DNA of 62,953 nucleotides, counting the filler, from Choristocarpus tenellus KU-1152 (taxonomy: Eukaryota > Protista > Phaeophyceae), in NCBI GenBank assembly GCA_964200185.2. It is 9 parts of 9 records of this genome, joined end to end, with 100 filler letters (N's around TTAATTAATTAA, not from the genome) between each part and the next. Parts side by side here need not be neighbours in the genome. Positions count along the whole stretch, not along the records: positions 46,907 to 54,024 come from CAXNAD020006664.1; positions 54,125 to 57,273 come from CAXNAD020021959.1; positions 57,374 to 62,953 come from CAXNAD020010356.1; 6 more parts are not named here. The stretch is one strand, 5' to 3'. The notes beneath the pieces were generated by a model. It did no database searches. It worked only from the letters and a program-made list of their open reading frames with translations, and was not told the DNA's origin. Each line of letters opens with the position of its first letter. The first letter of the stretch is position 1. Both the position numbers and the translations under genes were made by a program. Positions 48,051 through 61,590 of this stretch are shown in pieces.

Positions 48051-49410
48051 ATGAAAATATCGATGCTCCTTGCTGGAATGGGTTGTAACGTAGTCGCGTT
48101 TTCATGGCCAGGTGCTTATAAATGGTCTCCACCGCATCCTGATACTGTCTTCTCCACTCGAGGTAATGCCCGACCAGAAACGGTGACCTCTCTTCAAGTA
48201 GTAGTTTCCAGTAAACGTTTTCAGACATCACGAATCCTCGCAGCTACGGAAGGAAGGATGGGGGGTGAGCCGCGGGAGGTTCCATCTCTGTCATCTATAA
48301 GGGCAGCACCTCAGGTTCCGGCAGTACCTATTGAGGAAGGGGAGGTGTGTCAAAGAGAGATTGCTGTCGGTTGATATCCAATGCAGGAGCCGATTCGGTC
48401 CCCACATGTTTTTGTGGCCACAGATGACTTCCTTCCCATACGTAATGTGCATGCCGTGCTCCTCGTGTAACTTGGTCAGCTGTATGAAGAGAGCTGTCTG
48501 TATGCAGACAAAACAGCTGTGGCTCAAGAAGTCATCCTTGAGGTAAGAATATATCTTTGTGAACCTCAAGAAGTTAGTTATCCCAACCCACCACGATTTT
48601 CGTATTCCGTGTGAAGCTGAAACTGCATGCTCTATTCGGCTTTTTCATTGTGCCCTCTGTATCAGCAGCTGCATATCATGTATACGCCACAGAGCGTGTG
48701 CCTATGTGACGAGGCTAACCAGAGGTGGTGATTTTGTTACCCTACAGATCACCTCAGTTGAGCACTTCGACAGGGTGATCAGTCATGCAGCGGGTGCAGA
48801 CGGGAAGGATCCAGGTGGCTATGAAGATTCCCAGGGTCGGTGGAGACAACCACATAAGCTGATCGTTGTGGCAGTTTATGCTGACTGGTGTCGGGCGTGT
48901 CTGGGACTTAAACCGAAAATTCTCAAGCTTATGGCACAACACCCAGAAGTGCTGTGCCTCAAGCTGAATAAGGGAGAACACGAGGTACTACTATTGAAAC
49001 CCCATGCCAATTGCTCTGTTTGTATACCCTTTCCTTTGTAAATCAAGGTCATCACACTCAACACTGGAATGCACTATATATTTGATTATTTTACGCATTC
49101 AAGTTTCTACTACAGTACTGTGGAGGGCGTTTCGTACCTGAAATCACGTTAACGTTCATAGTCATTATCAAGAACCGTTACCATCAAATGTATTGTAATA
49201 GTATTTCCCTCTAATACTGGAATTCACCAATGCTTTGCATCAAAGTATGACCACACACACCCCTTGCTTTGCACTGGGCAGGAGTTGGCTGCAAAACTTG
49301 GTGTGCGTGGGTTACCCACAACCATACTCTACAGGAAGGGGAAGCGCATTGATCACTTTACCACCAATGACATTGATACAATTGAAGAAGCTGTGCTGGA
49401 TAACACATGA
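48051..49410 (+). CDS. Thioredoxin-like protein, WCRAC active site, probable bipartite plastid targeting. Exons 48051-48344, 48480-48542, 48748-48984, 49282-49410
   Basis: Phase-0 exons: MKISMLLAGMGCNVVAF-SW (signal peptide then F, ASAFAP-like), ...EVILEITSVEHFDRVI...LIVVAVYADWCRACLGLKPKI...ELAAKLGVRGLPTTILYRKGKRIDHF...*. Confidence 0.88.
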
Positions 49411-49758
49411 TGTCTGTTCATGGTCAGAGTTTAGTGGGAATCTCTGCTCAGCGAAAGTTTATGGGGAGATAGATATGGAGATACAGAGTTTTTCTCGTGT
49501 GAACTACAATTGGACGTGTATCAAGCCTGAATTAGAAGGTTGAGGTTTGTATCTCCCTTTCAAGGCCCATAATGGATGCTTAAGTGAGCAACAGAAAACC
49601 TGTGTGAGTAAATAAAGTTCACCTAATACAAGTTGTAGTTCCCAAGACCCTTTCTTGCTTCTTCAAGATACTCTCATTATATATCCAGCACAAAACAGAC
49701 TGGCAGACTTCATGATCTTGCTAGATATTTTTCATGGTTATTCTGTACAATATATATA

Positions 49759-52700
49759 TTACAACTCAATCTGCATATGTCGCGCTCTCCTTAACCTATC
49801 GGATTCTGCAACAGTTGAGGGCTGGGTGGTGCCTAGGCATGGCACATTTGGGTCGTAATTTACATGAGAAAGCATCCCAGGCACAAAACATTTGGCATGC
49901 TGTATCAATCCAACGTCAGCAAGGCACGGCTGTGAAGAGGTTGCCTGATGGGCTGTCTGACCATCAACAATGACAATTGGGGACAAGCTTGTCCTTGCAT
50001 GACCCAGTATACCAGTTGCTGAGGCCTGAACAAAGAAAACATGTGGGAATAAAAATACAGGGGGAGGGTTGGCAGGTCAGGCGTGATAGTATCAACGCAG
50101 AAGGTGCATTATCTTGGTCAGCAAAAACCTGCTTTATCACTCATGCTAACATATTGCAGTTGTCCACTCCCTGTGAAGTGTAAAATTCAGACTCACTGGT
50201 GAGACAATGCAGATGTCCGCATATCCTAAGAGCCATGCCTGCTGGAGCTCTGTGAGCAAGCGGTCTGTGCCATATCCACGGGGTCCAGTGATAGCCACCA
50301 CACCTGCTGCACCTAGGCTGTCTTGTCCGAGGTCTGCTAGTCGGGAACGCAAGGCTGCCTCATCATCTGTGACCACCAGCACAACAATGCCCTGCAACAA
50401 ATGGTCACCGTCGCAAAAATTTGAAACATTAGGACTGGACATCCATGCAGATTACAACGCATGTGTATAATCAGGTAAGAAAAAATGCAACTCTTGCCAG
50501 CTAGTTACACACACATCTACTGCAGGCAGTGATCACCTATATTTAGACATCCTTGATAACCTTGGGTTGTGTCAGAGAGGGACTTGTCTACACGATTGAT
50601 CTCATGTGCCCTACAGTACATCACAGGGTGGATACTCTCATTGCACTGCCTAATTTTCCTGCACTAAGACTGCAACCCATACACACATAGCTTGTCACCT
50701 GCTGATTTGGTCCCAAGTTGCTTGCAGCACGGTGACTTGCATCACTTGCCTCCTGAAAGAACAATTGCTGCTGCGCAGCTGGCATTGTCCCCAAATCACT
50801 TGCACTTGATAGTTCCATTTCCAATCCTGTGTCGGTTTGTTGGGGTGAATTGCAGTAAAACATTGGCCTGAAGTTATAGTCAATGTTGTACAATGTGGAG
50901 AATATAACTGTGTAGGGTATAAAACAAGCGATCACTGGTTAACGATACCACAACACTACAAAAAAAACACTATGGAGCCTATGCTCCACAAGAAATAGTG
51001 TGCCTTTTCCCGTCAGATGTACTGCATGTAGAAAGTATGAAACTGGATGTCACACTGGCTCTAATGTAACAAAAAACAGTTTTGAGTTGACTCTCACCAA
51101 TCACATAGTTGTCCTCAAAATAGCGCTCCTTGAATCGCCTTACCGCAGCCGTGACAGTGGGAACCGGTCGCATGAGCCAGTTACTCAAGTGTGCAAACAT
51201 GTCCACTGCTGGGACTTGCTCGAATACATCCTTACTCCCAAACTGATTCACCATGAGCAGTGGAGCAAAATACTCCGAATTGGTGACCTGACAAAATCAA
51301 ACAAAGGTTTTGTGTGGTTTGTGTCTCAAATTATAGCACAGAACAGAATGTTGCAGTCAACTATGGGGTGAAGAGTGTTGGAAGGGTGTTAATAACAAGG
51401 CAGACTTGAAGGCCACAAAAGAATAAATCCCACTCTTTAAGCTCCTAACTACCCCACCTTGCTAGCATATATTGAACCACAAATATTGGTATATTAGGAC
51501 ATGTATATCAAATTTAAATGGATGAAAAACGCCTTTTGAGTATTTGCATTTAAAGATCCATGTATTTCACATATATGGAGGTGTTACTAGTGGACAAGAC
51601 CCTTGGTCAAAGCCCAACCATTCCACAAGCTAGCATATGGCATCATCTGTATTGCTAGCTTTCAGCACCTATTCTCTACTTGGCAGTAAAATAATTTCTA
51701 ACCTCCCTCTAGGTATCCTCTAAACCAATTAACACACCTTGATGAATTGCTCGCTCTTCATGAAAGAAGTCTTGAGGTTTACACATACAATGCTGTCGTA
51801 CATCTCCATAATATCCACATTAACTGGTTTAAGGTCCTCAACAGGGTAACCAAAGACGTTCTCCCACCGATCTGCAAAACGCTCCCAGCTCCAATAGAAG
51901 CCCGGATCCAAGAAAAGTTCCTCAAGGGAGCTTGTTCTGGACAAGGAAAGTAGTCGACATGTTCATGAAGCTGGCAACGGGATAACACATGCCCACTACA
52001 ATCTTTCAACACCTGTGCCTCCATCCCTTACTATGTGATGGTATGAATAACCAATGTACAATCCTGGCTGGTAAGGAGAAATGCCCCCTGAATTTCTGAG
52101 GTTCTACAATGTTAACACCACTTGAAACCAGTAGGTAGAGTTACCCAGATTATGTGGGTAGTACATAGATCTGGAATAACCCTAACCGCTATATCAAACT
52201 ATCTTTTCCAGGAGGAATGAATGTGTGGGATGACAGATAAGATTAGAAACAAAAAATAGGGATAGAACTTTAGTCCTCACAGTCTGTATATGACACCCAC
52301 TATGGGGAGAGAAAAATGAAGCATGTACAAGCTGAGCATCTAGATGCCTCATCAGTCAACTTTTTGCGGGAAAGAATGGAGGGCGGAAATAGTTCCACAT
52401 GCTTGAATAAAATCATTCTGTGCCATATACTACGGTTCAAGTCACCAACATTAGTCTCGCATATTGACTCACTGAGCCATTCTATTTCTATCCAAAGACT
52501 GGGAGATTTGGGATAAAATACAATTTACAGGGCTTTCTTATACTTCTAACTTTAGAGCTGCAGTAAGCCGCACACAGTAAAGGTCGATCCTGTACCAACT
52601 GGTAATAGAAAATAACGCACTGCTCCCTAGTGTTGAAATTAAGTATTTGGCATCCGAGTTGGACTTGAGGCCTATGACACACTACAAACAAACGAGGGAA

Positions 52701-53653
52701 GGGACATTCTCCAGATTATCTAGCTTCCAAAGTTTACTCGAGGTGAAACTATAGAGGACTTCAGAAAACCTTGTTAGTTGCATTATTATACACTCGCACA
52801 AACACGATTTACCAGGCCATTGCACACCTGTCGGAACCTGTCACAGTATCAGTGCCAACACTCTGATTCCCCCCCTCTCCTGGTGTAGCCCCCACATCAG
52901 CCGGTCCCGGAGCCTCGTAATCAGTAGTCCATTCCACCAGCAACACCCGATCGCTCATGATAGCGAACAGGTAGGTCGATGTCTGAGAACAGGTTGAGGA
53001 AGGTCAGTCTTGTTCAAGGTAATCGATTAGCAAAAATGTAGATGCGTAGCTCGTTCGGGAAAGAAAACACATTATATCCTGCAGGTCACAGCTACCTTAC
53101 TTCGTGACAACTCAACTTGTGTGTTCAAAACTTGTCCGATAGGGGAGTCTTGTCGAGTGATTGCGAACAAGAAGGCATGGAGGGTAAAACGTCACTTACA
53201 GATCTAACTACTCGTACGGGCACTCACCAGACCTAACAGCGAGTGAGCCAGGGTTGTGTTCCCCGGTATTTCGTAGATAACATACTTTGGGTGCCGGGGG
53301 TTCGCTGTTGCCTTGTTGTGAAGTTGTGCGTAGTGCTCAAAGACTTCAGGTATTTCCTTATCCTCGAAGTAGGTAGGATCATCAACCGATGGTGCAGGGG
53401 CAGAATTAACCAGCGCAGCAGCTGTGCTAATATCCTGACCCCACTTTTCAAAATACGCCATAAGACAAAGAAGGGAAGCTGCAAGCAGGATAGTTAGCAA
53501 CCCCATCGCCCCGATCCCTCGCCATTTCCGCTTCGCCGCCAGACGGCACAATCGGAGCCATCGTCGCCGCCTCCTTCTTCGACCACTTTGTCGTCGATCC
53601 TCCACCCCAGCCCCTTCCTGAGGCGTTCCCCTTGATCGCCTCGACCTTGGCAT
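49759..53653 (-). CDS. Type II membrane GT37-like (xyloglucan fucosyltransferase fold) protein with divergent motifs. Exons 53653-53228, 52982-52828, 51936-51738, 51287-51098, 50826-50699, 50391-50197, 50025-49759
   Basis: Arg-rich tail plus TM anchor; KYVIYE...LTSTYLFAIMSDRVLLVEW, LEELFLDP, TNSEYFAPLL, FAHLSNWLMRP, VLVVTD, LTELQQAWLLGYADICIVSP and SSQPC are colinear with plant GT37 blocks; all junctions are phase-consistent. Confidence 0.82.
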
Positions 53654-55330
53654 ACTCCTGAACTGGCTGTACCAAACTTGAGATTTGTATGTTTGGTCTC
53701 AAATAGCAATACGGTCTTATTTTTGTCTCACATACGACTTTGTTGTATTTTGTTTGTAGGGGAAAATACTGGTTGTGGTTGTTTTTTTGGGGAAAGTAAT
53801 GTATATGAGTTGGCGTTGTGCACTGACTGGGGCCCATGCTTAAAGCATCACCCAGGGAGCATTGGTTTATGTGGCGCTGGTATTTTCAATGGTGTGGAGC
53901 GTACCCTACTGGACATTAGTCTTCAGTACGAGGGTGGGGAATGGGTCTTGAGTCTAAATGGAAAAAAAAAATCGAAAATGTGCGTCGTCATGCCTTTTAT
54001 CGCGGCCACCAGAGGTCCTCCCAGNNNNNNNNNNNNNNNNNNNNNNNNNNNNNNNNNNNNNNNNNNNNTTAATTAATTAANNNNNNNNNNNNNNNNNNNN
54101 NNNNNNNNNNNNNNNNNNNNNNNNGGGGGGGGGTTTGCACTGGGGCGTCCTTTCGGGCCCTCCTATATGTGCTGTAAATGGTATGAATATGTTATGAAAA
54201 ACGCATAAGTGGAGTGACAGGTTGGTCTTTTTTGGGTGGAATATTGCATAATTTGAATCTAGGGTATGTATTTGGAGCTTCGGAGGTTCTAAATCTACCT
54301 TTTTGGAGGTCGATTTATCTGGTTGGGTGTTTGGGTGGTTAGTATATTGTGGAGTGTGGATTAGGTTGGATCGTCTCGCATGCCACCTGCACTCATCGAG
54401 CAGCAGTCCATCCAAGGACACCCCACGCTGGGACATGGGGATGTCGAGGATGACTATTTCCACAATGCATTTGATCTGGGTGGTCGACTGTTACAGAGTG
54501 ACAATTTAGTACACCTTGGACAAAATTACACTTTTGTAATACTTCGTTAACATTTTGTGTAAAACACTTTGAGACATTGAAGTACATAACACATGTTAAC
54601 CATGATTTGGTCTGGAGGTGTTATGGGTACTACATAGTACACTTCGTATTGCATATATTTTTGTTGTGCCAGCGTTATGCGCATACATAGTGTTGCCCCT
54701 TTAACGTGGCCTGCGTTGGGTCATAGGACAGAGGGTGATGTTATTACATCGCGTTAAGTTGCAATAGTTTCGTTTAAGAAATCAGTGAAAAAGCATATAA
54801 TTTCGTGTCATGACATTTTTTTTTCGTTATGACAAGTAGCTTTTTCGTTATGACATAACTTTTGGTATCATAACTTGACATTTTGTGCTATGATACATCA
54901 TAACGGCGAGTGCTGTTGCGTGGTTGAGTGGTAGCTATATGAGATTTCACAGCATCAACGGAAGGAAACGATAGAATATCTAGATATTTCGTTGGGCATC
55001 AAAGTCGTTGCCATTCAACAATTGAAACAGTAATAGACCGAATAAAAATGCTGAGAGACACTACTTCTATTTGTCCAGTCTGTCGATAAATAGTGTGATA
55101 TTTCCTATTTCGTTCTAATTACTTGTTACATGTTACGATAAAATACAATGAGGTGCTATCACAGCACTTGGAGAGTATTAAGCTGTAGCACTGTGTTATA
55201 ACATGATATTTTGTGTTACGCTAAAATGGCAACATATTCTATGTATGTTTTGAACTAGAGTATTGCAGGCATTACACAGTCCTGTACATATTTTCCCAGT
55301 ATGTTAAGGACACTGCATATAGTGTTGTGG

Positions 55331-55517
55331 ATGTGCTGGGCTTGAGTGTTACGTTCAATGCATAGTGTAGCATATGTTTGTAGTCAGTGTTATGGGCACA
55401 ACATACAGGATATTACGGGTACTATATATACTGTGGTGTGTGTGCTGGACTTGAGTGTTACGTGCAATGCATAGTGTTTGCGTATGTTTTGTAGTCATTG
55501 TTATGGGCCCAACATAG
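55331..55517. repeat. Diverged ~75-bp direct repeat pair within a degenerate repeat-rich tract (54600-55520)
   Basis: TGTGCTGG(G/A)CTTGAGTGTTACGT(T/G)CAATGCATAGTGT...GTTATGGGC(A/C)CAACATA occurs twice; many GTTATGACA-like motifs at 54800-54905. Confidence 0.7.
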
Positions 55518-55681
55518 TGCTGAGTGTTAGGTTGTCCAAGGCGTGCCATTCTGGACACTCAAGCGATAGCAAAAGGGTCTAGACTCGAAGATCAAGAGAG
55601 AAGATCAAGAGCATCTAAAGTGACAGGTTTGGTTCCAGGTGCCCTTTCGTGGAATCAAGCTCTACACAATGAAAGGGGTGT

Positions 55682-55941
55682 GAGTGAAAGTATCTTAGAG
55701 GGTACGAGTTTTGCCCTGTTTTTCCATTTGGGACTTGGCTTCCCTCGGGATTTTTTATTGACATTTTCCTACTCGAAAATGTTTCGCAGCAGGTAAAATG
55801 TGTACGTTACGAAAAGGTGTGTCCCGAACAAGGATATTGAGACTTCCTAATAAACATGATAGTCAAAATTACATCAAAATCCCAAAATTGGATTTTGGAC
55901 CCCAAATGGACGCGGCCCTACCCTCTAAGATTCTTTGGCTC
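55682..55941. mobile_element. MITE family A copy (flanks GTGT/ATGT)
   Basis: GAGTGAAAGTATCTTAGAGGGTA...TACCCTCTAAGATTCTTTGGCTC. Confidence 0.88.
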
Positions 55942-56340
55942 ATGTTTGTTGGTGTGTGTTGCGGAGAGAGAAAGAGGTATTGTGTGGAAAGAATTAGGAT
56001 AGATGTGTATATTGCTGACAGGAGAGTGGTTGTTTTGCTACTACTGGAGTATGTTACTTTGAAGTACATTAACAGCGTGCCCTGTCAAGGCATTCCACTA
56101 GAGGGATATATGTGTTCTGGAGAAAGAATTTTCCTTGACGGAATAGGATAAGTGTTGTTTGTTGCAGATAAGAGGATTGCCAGGTACGATAGTGTTAGTA
56201 CCCTGCTGCCATGTCATGGTTTAGGGCAGGGCTTGATACAAGGGAGTGCGAGTATTATAGGGGTCTGATTAACTCTTCCGCGGACAGAATGGGAAACACA
56301 TGCCTTTCGACGGAGAGGGCTATCAGTACATCTTGCGAGA

Positions 56341-56516
56341 GGCTCAAAGTATCTGCGGGGGGTGAGGGGTCTACACTAGGGTGTCCAGTCGGGCCCTGAC
56401 CAGGAGAAACGAACTTGCATTATCTATCCGACGCATGCAACCAAATCACCCAAAAATCGCGACATGGAAAAATAAGCCGCAGATGGACAGCTGCCACCCC
56501 TCCCGATACTTCCAGC
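56341..56516. mobile_element. MITE family B copy
   Basis: GGCTCAAAGTATCTGCGGGGGG...CCCTCCCGATACTTCCAGC. Confidence 0.75.
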
Positions 56517-56852
56517 GAGAGGAGAACAGGTTGTATTTGGATCGTGACAATATTACTTCAGGAAAAAAAAAGCAAGAATCAACGTGAATTACGTTTTTCA
56601 GTAAGTCTCCATTCAACACTCATTACGATACCTAACCCTAAACCTGTTGTGTGTCTCCCCTTCTCAGCCCGTGTGAGGCGTTCACTTATAGGGGTATACT
56701 CGACCGGGATTCGCAGCTTGGCATGCTTCCATGAAGCCCCCATCTTGATCTGGATTCTGTTAAAGTATAGCTCGCCTCTCTTAGGAGTAGGAGTGATGAA
56801 CGTAGGGATGTTGCTTGATGTTGTAAAGAGTACTTAATTTAGATGAGGTAAG

Positions 56853-57027
56853 GGGTCAAAGTATCTGGGGTTGGGGGGTGGTTTATGAGGGGGTGCCCAT
56901 TTCGGTCAAACAACTCTTTTTTTTGCTGACATTTCAAATCCGACACGTGCGACCACACCAAAAAAGAGAAAATCGAAAAAAGGATGAAAAACGGACGCCG
57001 ACATCCCCCCCCCAGATACCTTGACCC
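56853..57027. mobile_element. MITE family B copy with 4-bp TSD TAAG
   Basis: TAAG|GGGTCAAAGTATCTGGGG...CCCCAGATACCTTGACCC|TAAG. Partial copies at 4466-4497, 57222-57273 and 57374-57430. Confidence 0.85.
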
Positions 57028-57439
57028 TAAGGGCATGAGAGCACCTGCTCATACCGGAAGTATTTTGCATCCACCCAATCTTATGCTAGAATTAGTTCCA
57101 AGTTTACCAACTAATAACTATTGCACTTTCTTCATACACACTACTAGTGTTCTCCAATACATTTGGAGGGGTCAATTCAAACATCCTCCCTCGCTCAAGC
57201 AAACCCTAACCAGTCACTAGTGGGTCAAAGTATCTGGGGGGGGGGTGACGGAGTCAGTTTTTAAAACTTTTTTNNNNNNNNNNNNNNNNNNNNNNNNNNN
57301 NNNNNNNNNNNNNNNNNTTAATTAATTAANNNNNNNNNNNNNNNNNNNNNNNNNNNNNNNNNNNNNNNNNNNNCATGAAAAAATTGACCCCAAATGTACA
57401 GCCGCCATACCCCCCCAGATACTTTGAGCCAATATACCG

Positions 57440-57760
57440 GTCGATGGTGAAGAGACTCCCATCCTGGTGTAAGAGATGAGTCACTATCTGCCTGCAGACA
57501 ATGCCTCGTTGCCTAACTATGGGCATGTAATGTGTACTTTCCCTACAGCTCTAGGGTTTACGCATGCGTGCCTAGTATCCACATCTCGTATTCTGTATCC
57601 AGCAGCAGGACATAGATTGGACAATACCTCCGCTGGCCTCAAAGACCAGTTTGCTATGAGGGGCCAAATATTGGGGATGGGATTCACCTTGTTTAGTTGG
57701 GTGGTTACCAACAGATTGACCCATTGCCCACACATTGACCCGTTGCCCACACTGACACAA
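57440..57760 (-). mobile_element. Diverged CRE-like retrotransposon fragment (zinc-knuckle region)
   Basis: CPAAGYRIRDVDTRHACVNPRAVG parallels CPVTGCRRQNVDTRHACICPRAGE at ~35525-35600. Confidence 0.75.
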
Positions 57761-60700
57761 TAGTGCACATACATGCCATTGGGTACTGAAAGGATGTGCT
57801 TATGACCAAGTCAGTGACTGACAACACCGTGAGAACATAAGTGATGCACTAAACCAATATCCTCACTTTTTTTGTTCGGGCAACTAGTAATTGGTGGCGA
57901 AACACGACATGTAGAGTAGATGGACGAGTCACAAGGTCAACAAAGATCCATACAGGCCAGTTCGGTTAGCTTATCCTGGATCTCCAGTTCACTGGGACCA
58001 CACTGTTCTGTAAGTTCATCCCCTCTGGAATGAGCTGAAGCGACAAAGGGATCATGTGGTGCTCAAAATAAGCTGACATCTTTGATTGAATATTGCAGCG
58101 CATTGAAGTACGGGTCAATGATAATGTTGTAGTTCAGGTAGGATGCTGTGTGTAGAGACTTGTGCTCTCGAAAACGGAAAGGTTGACCTAGCGCAACTAA
58201 GTATGAATTAAATCCAATGTGGTGGACCCGGTGATGTGCTCCGAGAAAAGGATTGGTTGACTGCATGCATTGAAGCACGAATCAATGTGGATGCGATTGA
58301 TCAGATAAGATGATGAGGAGAGGCTTGTTGCCTTGAGGGCAAAGGATCGTTGATGCTTTAACTCGGAATATATGTAACACCCGGGAGTGTTGTGGTGCAC
58401 ACGAAAGGCAGAGTGAACTCGAGGAAGTAAGCAGGGTGTCTGCTTCGTTCTCTCTGGACATCCTAGGAATACATAAGCAACTTTTACGGATGCGGAACAG
58501 AACAAAGCCTCCCATCAAATAATATGAACCAGGTGGTGATTGACCTGTTGAACTTGTGCCTCATGCTCATGTACCTGTCCACGGACAAGAACAGCGAAAC
58601 TGTAACAGGAAGACAGACAACATTGCAAAGGAGGGCCACCTCACCTATTTGTTTCGACCTAACTCAGGTATCTGACTAGCCTATTTGGTGCGTGAGAGTT
58701 GCATTTTTCGATGGATACCACCTTTGAGCCTAGCCCACGCAGTGAATGGTGGTGCATAGCAAAGTAGTGTGACTACAAGCATATTTGTGTGTGTTTCACA
58801 AGATGCCCTATGGAGTGTACTTAAGTGCCCGCTAAAGGGATGTGGGCTTGGGAGGCTTAGGAAGGGATTCATGGGCCTCCAGATCAGGGAATTTTGAAGC
58901 TGCCTAGCCAACGTGGAACTGTTTGAAAGAGGAACAAAGAAACTGTTATGTGTATTATTCTCTAACAGGCTGGTTGGGCAAATGCTAAGGGACCAGTCCA
59001 TGGCAGAGGTGGGCTCTTGTCAAACTTTGGGATACCGCTGCTCTAACACCAGGGAGAGTGTATGACTAATGGGTTAATGGCGTGTGAATTCTTTGTCTAA
59101 TATTGAAATACCACTGTTCCACCAGCACAGACATTCATTTTGACTATATGGTCGGGTAGACCACCAGTATCTCAACGCTACGGAAATTCGTTATATAAGT
59201 TTATGGGTATCACCTGTTAAATACTCGCTATTCCTGAGGAGTGGTCTCAATCTTCATGGTTCCCCTACAGTCATTTCCTGGAATGCTCTCTCACTTCATC
59301 TTCATCCTCTCACTGTAAGAAGTTAGTTTTGGAAAGCGGTCCATCTTGATTGCGATCACGCAGCCTCTGATTTTCACAGACATTGATATATCACTCTTCC
59401 ACTGGGGCGGATGGTCGTGCATCTGATTTCTCAGATGGGACTGAGATACCTCAACGTTTGACAAATGGGTACAATCTATTTAAATATATATGTACAATGA
59501 AGGCCATTTTGGGGTGAGTGAGATAGACATTGATTTCGTTTTGTTCTGTGCGCGCATTTTTTAGCCACACGTTATAGACTCCCAACAAAATAATAAAATG
59601 TATATAATGGGAGCATGTGTTAAAAACCTATATCTGCTTCTGGTATGAACCCAGACGGGTGTTGAACTATCCCACACTGGACCCGCGGCTTTTATGGTGC
59701 TTTTAATGAAGGACAAAGAACAGCTTGATATAGATGAACAAAGTTGGTATTACAAGGGTCATTGTGGTCTCAATTCCGCTGACTGAATATGTGGGTGAGA
59801 CTCTAGCCTAACCTACCATTATTATTCTACAGTGTGGGGTTTGTAATTGTCCACACTATTTTACTATGAATCACTTATTTACTTTCTTAAGTATAGAAAG
59901 TGTATCTTGAACATGATATAACCAATCAACACTATGAGTCAGTACATATAATACATCTGTCACTGGCTCTCTACGCTATCACATAATCCACCAGTGGTGT
60001 CTATAGTGTATTAGCAGCACTATCTACGAACAATGGGTATCCATGGTAGAATAGTGCCAAGCACTGACCCTGTTTCCTGCACGAATTTCGTTGGGGTTCA
60101 AATCCTTCAACTCCATACTCATTTTCAGGTAGAAGGAAAGGGGGGTGGGTGGTATGTCCATAATTACAGGTATTTATCGCTTCATATCTAGTGATATCTT
60201 CTGACCTGTATAAATCACGTCTCCCAAATATTGGAAATATCTAGTCCACAGCACAGCTAGTTTCCAACATTTAATGATATGTGTGGACGACAGGTGCATC
60301 AGGTATTATAATATGTCCAGTCCGCGGACCGGCTAACTTAGTATTATTATTAAGACTACTCAGGTCTCAGACCGGTGGTCAACAGGCAGTCTAATGAAGG
60401 GCTATGCACACTCCCTGAGAGATGCAAGTACTACAGAAGAAAAAAATAAGAGAAGTAATGAAAAGGGACAAGAAAAGGGGAAGTACTGAGTGTGTATTTG
60501 AGGGTAACAGGGAGAACACAAATCTTGAGTCTTACCAGGTGCATCCAACCCGAAAACGCCACTCGTCACACCTTACACAAAAAAGAAGAAAGAGAGATAA
60601 AGTTATAAATAGACCAGTCAATCCAAGAAAGAGAGAGCATGAAAGCAACATTCCACAGATAGTGCTGGTGCTGGTGCTGGTGGCGGCAGTGGTTGCAGTG

Positions 60701-61590
60701 GTGGTGATGAGTGTATATGTACCTTAATCTGCTTGGGCAGCCTTACCTCCTGCGTTAGAATAGTGTATCAACTATCAAAGCTTCTTTGAAATGGCACTCT
60801 GCCATGATGAGGCTTGTTGTGCCGTCAACCATACACACACACACTGGCAGTACCTGTGTTGGTTGGTTGCCCTTGCGCTCCATCCCTCGACCATGATTCA
60901 CACTCGAGGTGGTCTTGCTTTCCGTTGGAAGCTACCCTGCGAATAGGAGAGTATCGTTTTTTTGCGTGTATTTGATCTCGATATTTTCTCACCCAATCTC
61001 TACAAAGGTGCATATATTGTAGGACAATATGTGATCCGTGCGTTCCTGTTTGCAAATCCAAAGCCGTGTAGGCGGAATTTGTTATGGTGAGAGCTATGGT
61101 TCATGGGGTGAACCTGGCCGAGTATAAAAGTCACCTAACTGTGTAACGAAAACTCAACGACTTCAGCCTTGAGCCGTCCAATATCAAGTGATACCCCAGA
61201 GGTCCTGTCAGAAGCACCTGGTTATACTATTATAATAAAAAGGATTTTCCGACCCTTCGACTGATTTCGGCTGCAATGTCAGCTCTATCTATCACTATGG
61301 TGCCTCCAAGGTAAACAAACATGTTCTTGGTAAACTTGTAGTGGGGACCCAACTCCTAAGTCTCCATGATGTCTGCCGACATATTTGGAGGTCAAAGGCA
61401 CACGGTCTTCGTCTTCAACTCTGACATGGCCAGCCCGGACAGTATGGCCACCTTTACTATCACTATAATCGTTCTGCCCAAACCTCATTTGTTCTTGAAC
61501 ACAATACCCGCATTGACAGCGTAAAGCACACCTCACAGGAGCCGATTAAGTATTATTATCTCACTCCCTATTGCTCAACTTGTTGTCTTT

